Shown here in pieces: positions 53,157 to 64,000 of a DNA stretch of 64,000 bases. Each line of letters opens with the position of its first letter. Positions within the stretch are counted from its first letter, which is position 1. The stretch is taken from positions 38,378,001 to 38,442,000 of the forward strand of contig CM114271.1 of assembly GCA_050084515.1 (NCBI GenBank), in the 5' to 3' direction. This stretch comes from Blasia pusilla. Lineage: Eukaryota. A model generated the notes under the pieces. That model saw only the letters and a list, made by a program, of their open reading frames with translations. It was not told the DNA's origin and ran no database searches. A program made the translations under genes and the position numbers.

Positions 53157-53873
53157 TCTAACCTCTTTTTCCATGTTTTGTAGCTTTTCCTTTGCGGTAT
53201 TATTGCTGATTTCTGTGATCGCATACGAGGTAGAGAGAAGAGATTAGCTCGTCTAGAGAGGGAGTAAAGACCTAGTATTCTCCCTCATCTTTGGGGACGG
53301 GGTATGCACAACATATACACATGAAATTAATTGTTCACATACGAGATAAGGTGCAAGTAAGCAAGAGTACAACAACTAAGTTAGTGTGCAGATGAATCAA
53401 TTAGGGACTAGGATAATGCAAGAATATGTGGATTCGGTTGCTTTGACCAGGTCTTGCTTTAACACGCAAAAAATTACAGCGGATTTGTATCTCCGTTCAT
53501 CCTTTTGCCCAGAAACACGCTTCCTTTCATGACTCAAAACTCCTCACTACCCCGTCTTACCGTCTCCCATCTACCATCTCTCGGATGGCTTTATCTTCGT
53601 TAGCTTGCCACATGTATGTTTCTGTTGCGCTTTGCGCCTTGTAATCAATTTTGTCTTTCTACCTGATCACCATCGTAGCGATATTCATGTCCCCATGCTT
53701 ATGCTGGCTAGTGTATGAGTTTTTGGTGCACCTCTGAGTGCGCCTAGGTAATAAGGGTAGAGAATTCAGTTTTGTAGATCAGTTATGATCTTTTCCGTCT
53801 GGAGTTTTTCTTTTGAATTATTTCTGAGAGTCAGATATCTCCGCCTCTCTACTTCTGGTCTAATATTCATCGA

Positions 53874-54710
53874 TTGAATATTAGACCTATAGTAGAAACA
53901 ACATCGAATGCAGGTAGAGTTGCAGTCGCCTTCAATTTTATCCCGGTGGAAATACTTTTTCTTGAGGATATTGAGCGATGTCTCTTGTCATCTGAGGAGA
54001 TAGTAGCTCTAGCTACTGAACGAGATGAAACACTATCATTGGCCTTGAGAGGAGTTGCGTCATTTTCACTTTTGGACCAATTCCTACTGCTGATCAGTTT
54101 AGATTATATTCGGGCAGAACCTCCCACTTTATCATTCAAAGAGCTCAAGGATTGCCGCGGGCCGCAAAATCCTGTCACGAATGTGTTTGTTTCATCCCAC
54201 GCTTTCGCAAAGACTAAAGGAAGATTGCCTTGGTTTCCCTAACTCACCAAAGCCAAGATTCAAGAGGCTCCGATCGCTTCGCATTTTGGAAGCTTTCATC
54301 ACTTTCAGACTAGGAATTGGCTATTCCGCTTAGAAGATCGCTTCGTCTATGTGCAATTTATAGACTTTGTTATGTGGAGGGAGGACAGAGCAGCAAGATT
54401 AGCATGGCTTATGCTTGGGGTCATCTGAAAAGTCACTCTTCGTATTTGTCATGATGCTAGGGGAATCCTCCTTGGAGAGGATCATCCAACTGTTAGGAAG
54501 GCACGAGCCTTGGTTGAATATGCGCGTTCTGTTGGTGGTCAGACAGTGGATGTTATTCTTGAATATTGTAATATTTGGGAATGAGTCACCCCGGGGAACT
54601 TAGTATGCATTTGCTCAAGTCACAGAACCATTTCAAGAGAAGTTTGCATATATTGTCTAAACATATGTCGTGATGCTGTTGTATGGAAACGGGTCAGATC
54701 AATAGCCTAA
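53874..54710 (+). pseudogene. CACTA cargo ORF A, unknown protein, 279 codons in one frame with three internal stops
   Basis: Frame continues through TAA 54240, TGA 54426 and TGA 54582, each one C>T change from CAA/CGA, to TAA 54708-54710. C-terminal CxC-x10-CxxC-x3-C cluster. True start unknown. Confidence 0.55.
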
Positions 54711-55444
54711 CTTTTGGCCCTTTATATGGCTTGCGGAGAACAGTTGTAAATGTAAACAGAAAAAGAAAATAAGAGGAGATGTTGTTTCTATTGATTGATG
54801 GAGTCAGGCTTAAGGTTATTCATTGATGGAGTCAGGCATATTATGTGGGGCCATGGTTTAATCTTGCACTTGAAGCAATGACCATTGTCCAAATGAGTTC
54901 TTCGCTTCTTTTAGATTAGAATTCATATGGAAGTATTTGGACATTTCAAAGTATTATCAGAAAGTAGGGTAATTAGGAACACGGAATCTCCATGACAGGT
55001 CCATAGATCTTCCATGGTGCGTGTACACTCTTGACCTTGGATGAGAAAAGTGGGTTCAAGTGATATTTTTAATTTCTTCACCATTCATCATAGTATATGC
55101 TCATCATGGTTCATCATCAAAGGTAACTCTTGAAGATGAGAAATCAATGCCAAAATCCAAAAGTACAAGACCATATTACATGGATGTATGCAACCAAACA
55201 ATCAATAAGAAGTCCTTGTTTGTGTAGAAATAAGTACTTCTTATTCTACTTAACTTTAACTTCTTGTATGTACAAGTACCACTAGATTGAGAGTTGAGAA
55301 TTTGAGCATCCTGAAGGGTAGGTAACCTCCACATCCACTGATGGAATTTTTAAGCTTTTGTTAGCCCTGTCTGAATCAATGCATGTGCTATGCATTGAAG
55401 TTTTGCACCTAATTGTCATCCTCACTTGTTATTAGCAAGGTCGA

Positions 55445-56038
55445 TTGGTGGCCGTGCACCACATTCCAACACTCCCTTCAAACATTATGGAGGACATTGT
55501 CTACTCTAGGGCTATCGTTCATGATCATGACGGAGGAGTTTTTTGTGTCTCTGAAGTCAGTGGCCCTCGTACATGTTACTTTTCCCTGAGATGGTTGATG
55601 TTGGGTGAGTATGATGGGAGGTTGGAGTCTATAAGGTGTTACATTCAGTTGGGTATAGTTGACAATATGGTACTTCCAATTTTCCACGATGTAGGATCAA
55701 GGATATTCTCACACGATGGCGGCCACTTCCACTCCGAGCCTCATGTCTGCGACGGTAGAGAGTTGTCCATGATCGATGCCATTTGGAGGATCTGCATGGA
55801 GTTCAACACCTCTTTCTCCATAGAGAATTTTTTCCCTCAATTGAGTGTCTTGTGTCCTACCATCATTGATCCTTGCTCACAGACAACATGCCTTACGAGG
55901 TGCACAGTGTGTGATGGCTCGATTCTACATGATCACACCTTCTGCCCTTGCTGTAGTGGTGATTGTGCATGGCCACCACAAGATAGGGCCCTGACATTTC
56001 CTGATAAGCCTAGTGGTTACACCTTCAAGGGAGAGTGA
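55445..56038 (+). CDS. CACTA cargo ORF B, unknown 197-aa protein with C-terminal CxxC-x10-CxxC zinc-ribbon-like motif
   Basis: Uninterrupted 594-nt frame of non-repetitive, protein-like composition; CTVC..CPCC. Begins at GTG, first ATG at codon 15, may be a spliced exon. Confidence 0.5.
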   Translation: MVAVHHIPTLPSNIMEDIVYSRAIVHDHDGGVFCVSEVSGPRTCYFSLRWLMLGEYDGRLESIRCYIQLGIVDNMVLPIFHDVGSRIFSHDGGHFHSEPHVCDGRELSMIDAIWRICMEFNTSFSIENFFPQLSVLCPTIIDPCSQTTCLTRCTVCDGSILHDHTFCPCCSGDCAWPPQDRALTFPDKPSGYTFKGE

Positions 56039-56378
56039 TCATGTGGACTTTCTTCCTCCTAAATTTTCCCCTATCAATTTTGCTATCAGTCTAGGGTGAA
56101 GTCTTAGGCCACATACACTCATAAATTTTTCACCAAGATTATGAACTCAAAACCATATATATATATGAATATTCGGATAGGGTTGGGAATGACATTAAGT
56201 TTCAGTATACTGCATAAGGCTCCAGGTCACACATTGTCAAACGATAAAAATGATGGATGAAAATTGTGTGTACCCGGATGTCCCTTTTTGATATTGTAGA
56301 CTTACATACTCTATATGGATATTGTTGAAGTCTATTATTATTTTCTTTGTAGACATCTGTGACCAATAACATACAAGG

Positions 56379-57035
56379 ATGGCGCGGCCAAAGACCCAAG
56401 CCAAGAAAACCCTTGAGGTGAGCAATTTTGCGCCATATAGTGCACTCCAAGTCCTACAGAAGGTAACCCAAATTTGTGCAATCTGTTATGATGGGGAGAA
56501 CCTGGTTGTTTCCAATGGGCCTTGTGCCAGGCACTCCCACGCAATTGCAGAATCAGCAGGGGCTATAGAGAACTCTTGTCCAGGGATCAACCTCCCACCT
56601 AATCACGAGAGGAGCTAGTTGTTCCAGGATTGTGTGAAGCAAAAGGCCAAGTGTACCAAGTGTGGTCTAGAGAGAAGTTTTACAGAGAGTGAGGATTCTT
56701 GGATTCGTGTGAGAAAATGCCCAAATACATTTTGTGTGAGGTTATTTTGCTTTACTTGTTTGCATGCGGGAGTGGAGTCCTAACCCATGCTTTATTGCCT
56801 TGGATGCCATTTACACGATGAGGAATTGTGGGAGGAAATGGTGTATTGTGCTAGGTGCCCCATTGCATGGCATTGGGCTTGCTTGAAGAAGGCTATGAGC
56901 AAGGGTTATGCATGTGATTGGATCATATATGACCAGGCTGCATGTGGTGGGGATAGGTCGTGGTTCTATTGCCACCACCACAAAGTTGATCCCACACTTT
57001 AGACTCCTTTGAGAGATCTAATTTTATGGATTTGA
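56379..57035 (+). pseudogene. CACTA cargo ORF C, EDM2/NSD-type tandem PHD-finger protein with in-frame stops
   Basis: One frame from ATG 56379: ICAICYDGENLVVSNGPCARHSHAIAESAGAIENSC..*LFQDC..KCTKC..VRKCPNTFCVRLFCFTC..*PMLYCLGC..MVYCARCPIAWHWACL..FYCHHHKVDPTL*TPLRD. Stops at 56616, 56781, 57000. Confidence 0.8.
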
Positions 57036-57560
57036 TTTTCAGGTTAGTGGATGAGAGATCCGTGTCTAAACAAAATCTAGTTGCGTTTTGGTGGAGATTG
57101 CATGGTAGCCACTTGTGATACAAAGAGGGTTGAGGCTCTATACATCCTTACTAGGCAGGTGGTATGACTTCATATAGAGACTTGCCATTCCCTACCCTCT
57201 CATTTTCAAAGTTGGAATCTTTTGAAATTTGGAATGAACGGCCATAATTGCAAAACTATATAATATCTAGTTTATTATCGAGATTGTGCATTAGACAGTT
57301 TTTGGAAGAGTGAAATGTAATTTTTGTGGTTTCAAAAAACACTCTTGTGAATAGTGTCTTGATTAGGATGTGCATGTCGACAGCTGGAATACTGTTTTCT
57401 TTTGTCATCCACTCCCATATCCACTTATGCAATTATAGCTTTAAAGCTTGGTAGCCCATTATGGAAAACCATTGGTTACCGCAATTTTGTTACCACCCTA
57501 ATAGTGTGAAAATACATTTTGTTTATGGTTGATAGTGAGGTGTGGTATCTTTAGACATTC

Positions 57561-60260
57561 ATGGATGTCCCACCTAGCCCTCCCTATTGGGGGCATAATG
57601 CTCATCATAATGCTCCCATAGGCAATCCTCCAGATGGCTTCCGACCTAGAAGAGGCAGGTTGCCATTACAACATCCAGAACGGATCAGAGCTCGTGATTC
57701 CAAACTTTGGGATCGAGAGCAAGTCCTAGTGGCGCACTTTAGAAGTGCAAGGATGCGATGTCCTGTGTAGCTTGTAATGGGTTTCACACACTAGGCTTGC
57801 CGAATATTTTCACTCATCTTCAGAAACATGGAAGGCATCTAGAAAAAAGAGTTTTTGGACTTGAGTGATGAAGAGTAGAGGTCCGCATTGGGCATTGCCA
57901 ATGCGGCTAGACATGCAAAATTTTTGGGAGAAGAAATGGGAAACCTTGTTGCCCAAGATGCGGGTGAGGTAAGTACCTAGGTGGAGGCGTCTGATGAAAA
58001 TAACCGTGATGATGGGGTTGATGTTGAAGGTGACACTCTTGATCATGGGATTGATGTGCAACGAATGGTCTTTGACATCTTCCAAGATCTTGATGCATTA
58101 TACAATGATGTTGAGAGCATGGAAGACATCATTGATGCAGCCCAAGAGGCTAGAGAGGATGCATATGAGATTGGGCAAGAAGAGGACGAGCAAGGATGGA
58201 TGTTTGGGTTGGCTGAAACGGTTGCTCATGCATGCAAACCTTTGTTCCCTTGCTCTAAGTGTACAAAGCTGGCTTTTTTACTCATGTTGATGAACATCTG
58301 TGGTAATCATGGTGTCCCAACTTTTTTTGTTTCAAGGTTACCGGCATTCTCGAAGACAAATATCTTTCCTATCGAGAATACGGCTCCTGGCAATAAGTAC
58401 GAGGTAACTAAATTATTGTCAAGTATGGGATTGAATTATAGTTCCATTCATGCTTGCCATGATGGCCACATGCTATTCAGAGGAGAGCATGCAAATCGAT
58501 CAAGTTGCCCAGTATGTTGACAACAAAGGTATAGAAATGTGGGCAAGTGAATGCAGCCTATAAAAGTACTTTGGCATTTTGAAATCATTCCTAGATTGAA
58601 ACGAATGTGTAGGAGTCCAACGATTTCAAAGTTGATGACTTGGACAACCAAGATCAAGAGCCCTAATGGCCTGCAGCGGCATATTGGAGATTTGGAACAT
58701 TGGAGATTCATCGACAGAGATGGCCTAAGTTTGCAAGTGAGTCAATGAACGTGAGAGTTGGACTCTCGACTGACGGGGTCAATCCATTTGGAGACAAGAA
58801 CAATGTATATTCTTGCTGGCGTGTAACCCTTTTGAATTATAACCTCCCTCCGGGGTTGACTACTAAGAAGATTTTTGTCTTATTGGTTTTTGCTTATCGC
58901 GGGCCGACAATATGCTCTTTCGCAAAACATAGACATTTGGATAGTTCCTATTGTGGATGAGTTGAAGCACTTGTGGTACGAAGGCATTTGGATTCATCAT
59001 GTGCTGCAACCGTTTGGGAGACCAAACCCATTCAGACTACAAGCCCAATTGGTATTGACTTTGGGAGATTATCCCGCCCATGGCATGATTTTAGGTCAGG
59101 CAACAAAGGGGTATTTGGCTTCTACTGCATGTGGCCCCAATTTCACTCGTGAGCATTCCAGACCTTTGACGAGCATGCAATACCTTGGACATCGGAATTT
59201 CCTCCTACTAGATCACCCTTACAGACATAGGGCATCGCAAGTAGTTAAATTCAACAATGCCCGAGAGCTTCGTGATCCACCTCAACGAGTTAGTAACAAG
59301 CAAATTTTGGATTAGAGACACTAGAAGACCATGTATGACGTAGAAAGAGGTACCGGTGAGGCTTTAGATAATGGTCTTGAGGGCCAAGATACAGAAGCTC
59401 CAAATGCTCAACGGGATCGGGGCTAGAGATATGGTGTGAAACAACAGAGCATCCTTGATGTGGAGTTGGACTAATGGCAGGTAATCTATGTCACCCATCC
59501 GCTCGTAAGCATAGTCTATTATTCTGAACACGAGATGCTTTCAAGAAGTAAGGCTAGTGATTTATCATCCATGTGTACTCATGGTTTTCATATGTGGTGT
59601 AACAGGAGTTCGACCACATCAAACACAATCTAGATGTAGTGCATATTGAGAAAAATGTATGCGAAAACCTATTGAGGTTCCTTTCTGGGTAGAATGACAT
59701 AGCAATATTGCGATTGGATCTCCAAGAGAGGAGAATACGATCTCAATTGTGGTTGAAGGATGATGACAATAGACCCAATGTGGTATTGAAATACCAAGCA
59801 CCTTATATTTGCTTAGACACAGAGTGGAAAACGTTTCTTTCAAGGCTTCAATCTTTGAGAGTTCCGACCGGCTATCAAGGGGCCTTCAAAAAGCATGTAA
59901 AAAACAAGAAAATTGGTAATATGAAGATACATGATTATCATGTGCTTATGCAATAGATTCTACATGTATGCCTTAGGGGATTGATGCAGAAGCCGAGACG
60001 TAATGCAATCGTGCGATTATGCAAGGTGTTTGGTCGTATATGTGTGAAGGTCTTTGATCCAGCAAGCTTGGACAAGCTTAAAGATGATGTTGCACAATGA
60101 TAGTGCAATTTGGAGATCCATTTTCCTCCCGCCTTCTTTGATGTGATGACTCATCTCATTATCCATGTTGTGGAAGAGCTTGGACAGTATTGGCCTATTT
60201 ATACGAGGTGGATATTCCCACTGGAGCATTTTATGAAAGTCTTGAAAGACCACGTCTAGA
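57561..60260 (+). pseudogene. CACTA TnpD-like transposase (Transposase_21 and DUF4218-type regions), disrupted
   Basis: MGLNYSSIHACHDGHMLFRGEHANRSSCPVC; KVLWHFEIIPRLKRM; NVRVGLSTDGVNPFG..YNLPP; GDYPAHG; YLGHRNFL..DHPYR; GT-AG intron 59481-59605; HNLDVVHIEKNVCE; KIHDYHVLMQ; FFDVMTHLIIH. Confidence 0.93.
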
Positions 60261-60304
60261 AGGTATCCAAAACCATTTGTAAGTATGAATTCAAAAAGTG
60301 AAAA

Positions 60305-60655
60305 TCTATCTAATCCAATTTATCAAGGGTGCGTGCTCTATTTGTGAGATTCTTTCCCTATATTAGTAAATTTTTTTATAGGTTTTTGTTTAACAAAATG
60401 TTGCTTTCTCTTTCTTATGATGTAGATTAGACAATGGAGAGAAAGATTATGAAGCGCGATTAAAATCTGGGTAATCCATGGGTTGTTCTTTACCATCTTA
60501 TGATATGTATATCCTTTACTTGTCATATTAATCTAGAGATCACCAACATTATTTCTGCTATGAACTACGTTTATAAATATGTATACAAAAGTTTGGATCC
60601 GCTATCATTTAAGCTGTCAAAAGAGGTTGATAGCAGCATGACATTAGAAGACTAG
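60305..60655 (+). mobile_element. Mini-Helitron (~350 bp) retaining Rep motif 3
   Basis: A|TCTATCTAAT 5' end at 60305; GNPWVVLYH..CHINLEITNIISAMNYVYKYVYKSLD at ~60470-60600; hairpin gctgtcaa/ttgatagc (60613-60634) then CTAG|T at 60652-60655. Confidence 0.65.
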
Positions 60656-60999
60656 TGAAAGGTCCTCGCGGATCCCTCTCCTCGTGACATATCTTTTTTC
60701 CAATGGGTAGCGGACTCCCCATGGTTGTGTTATGCCCATCTGAGTTCATTAGACTTAGATAACCACATCCAAACCTCCCTCCCCATCCCAAACATGGATG
60801 TGGTTACATGAGGCTATACACTCTCAGAACCACATGGACTGTAAGAGCGGAAACATGCGTGTGGCCATTTAAACGACATTAATCAACAAAGAGGCAATAT
60901 ACCAACACTACTACATTTGCAATGTTACAAACCGCTCCATTCACATAATTATGAGACACTTTCTCTCATTTTAGCAAAGATCATGAGTTTATACTTCTT

Positions 61000-63900
61000 T
61001 CCATACTTAGTAGTTATAATTCAATCGAAAGATATGGTACTCCTCGCTACTATACCAAGTATGCCTCTGCGAGGAAGGGATATTCAACCTACTACTACCT
61101 AGTTTATGCTCCAAAATCCCATCAAAATCATCGATGTTTATCCAACACTTGAAATGCTAAAAGGTGATGGAATGCAACAATACATCTCGAATAGGTTGCA
61201 CAATGAGTTCTATCAATAAGGCTGGTGGAAGGGAGTAACCTATGGCAAGATTCATTCCATCCCAATTGCAGTGGTAGGGCTTACAAGAGCCCCCTCAGGA
61301 GACCCTTTCTAACCTTCTCAAACTCATGTACCTAATTAAGCTACGCGTATCCAAGAGAAATGCTAAAATTCTTCTAGTCCATGGGCTTTGAAAGTAGTGA
61401 GGAAATCACTAGAGGTGGGGATAGGGACAAAGAGGCCTACCCACACTTCCAGTGTACTCTTGAGCTTTGTTCAAGAATACTGCCTTGTTTTGCTTCTTAC
61501 AGTTCGCGCTATGTAATGCTGCTACGCTGTTGAGCCATATTTTTGCAATACATAGTATCACATATGTACTTTTTTACAAGCCAATCAGATTAGCCATAAT
61601 ATGTTACAAGAAAAAATGCACAGACCTTTCCTAAGCACAAAATGCAGTCTGGAAAATTCTTGTTTTGTAAGGGAAATTAGTCTCAGGTTACCCTCATCTT
61701 CATTCCTAACTTCTTCCTATCCGATGTCTACTTCCACCTTCTTACTGGTGTTCCAAGGTGCTCCGGGTGTGGACCTCAACTAATGGGTTGCAATGAAAAA
61801 GGTCTCCTTTTTCAAGCAGACATTTTCAGAGACAAAAATAACCATATAAGGCATCAAAGAATAATTACCTTCACATTCAAACATATACTGTACATGTAGA
61901 ACATCTACCGCATTGCAAAGACAAACTTTGAAACATGTTGCCTACTACAAGTGTTGCAAGGTCGATTCCATCCGCTAAGTAGATCTGGGACCACATGCCT
62001 ATTCTTCAATAATGGAAAACGAACACCAAGTTCTATTCACCTCATGGACCAGCCCCAACTCCAAAACTTTTCGGACTTGCTACAATCTGAATTTGGAATC
62101 ATCTCTTGCCTATTGGATGCTATCACATACATACAAATATCTCGGTATATATGTGTAACCTTCATATTCATCTTTCATTCATAAATATGAACATGACTAG
62201 TCAAGTATTAGTAACTAAGTGTTATGGCTACACTTGGTCTCTAAATTCTTGAAGGTATCTACCCTACTTTTCTACACATAGATGCCTATGGTTGTCAACT
62301 TTAAACCATGTTGCCTACACATTGAATATCATAAGAAAGATTTTTGTCAACCATCAGGTTGGTGTATGGTGGCAGTAGATTAGTATGCATCTTCAAGTAC
62401 TTTTCCACTTGAGAAAGAGATCCGAAAAATACTTGCCTATGGCTAAATTTAGAAGGGCAGTGGAACTGAGTCCTTCATCTAGATGTAGAAGAGAAGCATT
62501 TCCCAATAGTGCCTTGTCACAAACATCGGTCTGGTCGATTACATATATGCTTTTAGCGGTCGCCTGATGACCCAAGGGATAGGACCCTTGCTATCAGAGG
62601 TGGACATTCCTCTTTAATGGGATTTAGTATACAATCTTGGGCACCGTGTTCTCTTGCGCTGCCTCCGTAAACCCTAAGATTATTCAATCTTCCAAGTTCA
62701 TTTGGATTGAGGATGTGAGTGCTTGCAGACTATATCTGCTAACAAGAAGTCATTATACATAGTAGCACTTGCTATGTATAATGAGGCTTATCCATGTCTC
62801 AACCGATCTTTGGTTCCCTAATAGGAAACTTGTAACGTTCTCCAATTTTTTCACACTTATTTCTAGGGACTTTGAGGAATTTGGGCTGGATAGACATGCT
62901 GCAGGTTTCCTTTGGGAAAATCTACCTTTAACCTACCTTTCCTACTAGCTCAAGAACACTGAATGGCGATAGGAAGATAGAAAGAGCAATCAGGTCCGGA
63001 TCCGGTCTAACGCTACACAATAAAGACATAACCCAATTGTCTAAGGAAGCAGAGATGCAACATCAAGAAATAATTGAAAGGATGCATCCGAGAGCAGACA
63101 TAACGAAATCAGAAATCTTGCCAGCAAAAGTTCCTAAACATATTTCCTACATTTAGCAATGAACTTTAGCAGACTATGCTTGGAGCCCATCCCTTCTTGA
63201 ATGCACACGCAGTATTCACCCCCACCTCCGAGCCAAGCTGCCCCAAAGCTTTGAAAGTAAGACAACCTACAAAGATAATAGGAGTGAAACTCGTCCCGAA
63301 ACTTGAATACAAAGAACACATCAGAAAAGAACCACGGGCCCAATCCCTGAACGGAGGAGGGATTTGATCGTCGCATCTAAGGTGGCCTGCGCAAACGTGT
63401 ACCACAGGTGCTAGAAGAACGCAAAAGCCTTTGCCCAAGAAGGCTAGACGTGACAAGGACATGCAAGCTAAGGAGATCTTGAGACTGTTTGCAAAGAGGT
63501 AAATGCAAGATCTACAAGACGATCGATATATAAGATCAGACAAGATCTACGAATGCCACAAACCGACCCTACACGCGACTAGCAAGGAAACCTTCACGGT
63601 ATAATTACACCCCGGCTAGCTAGGCATGGACATTTGAAGCTTGACTATATAAGTACCTTACATGTAAAATTCTTAAAAAACCTAAGCTCTTTGACTCAAC
63701 TTTTCCCATTGAGAGCTATAGAGAGTGAAACAAATCGATGACATCCTAAACGTGAGCCACATGATGAGCAAAGAAGTAGACAAAAGAGACAGAATTCAGG
63801 TTGACCAAAACGTGACCACACTGAACATGCAAACTAGAATGAAGGAATGTCGAAGTCTATTACCCGTTGCTCTCTCTACTTAGAAGTTTGACAGACTTCG

Positions 63901-64000
63901 TAGAGGCTCCACTCAAAGTTCGCCCTACTTCCTAAATGCTTCAAACTCCAAATCATGGCAGCAACTAAAGTTCTCCATGCTTCCTAAAGGCTCCACTCTC
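61000..64000 (-). mobile_element. Decayed retroelement-like sequence, family not resolved
   Basis: Broken minus-strand frames with gag/pol-like composition; no diagnostic catalytic motif recognised. Confidence 0.3.

Noticed and set aside
60651-60660. actagtg|aaa as the right CACTA TIR with an aaa TSD
   Set aside because: Only 7 bp match the left TIR and no subterminal repeats are present. The site is better explained as the CTAG|T end of a mini-Helitron.

Overview
Eukaryotic genomic DNA, most likely from a land plant that retains flagellated sperm. The first ~19 kb is genic. It holds a complete 14-exon + strand gene for the axonemal WD40 protein CFAP52/WDR16 (1533-11345, 688 aa assembled by hand) and a convergent 4-coding-exon - strand UEV1/MMS2 gene (16797-18491, 144 aa). 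The remaining ~45 kb is a nested transposon graveyard: canonical Helitron pieces, a Ty3/gypsy relic split by an RTEX-like LINE and a Copia LTR, an old Copia relic, a Helentron/Helitron2-type Rep-helicase, and a large CACTA element carrying a recent full-length Copia insertion with TA...CA LTRs. The most striking observation is inside the CACTA element. Three co-oriented, Cys-rich cargo ORFs lie upstream of its transposase, and one is a tandem PHD-finger module with EDM2-type signatures (an H3K9me2-associated chromatin reader). This suggests a transposon-borne chromatin or anti-silencing cassette, although this copy is pseudogenised. Several long hairpins look like template-switch products. All family assignments come from motif recognition by eye, not from database searches.
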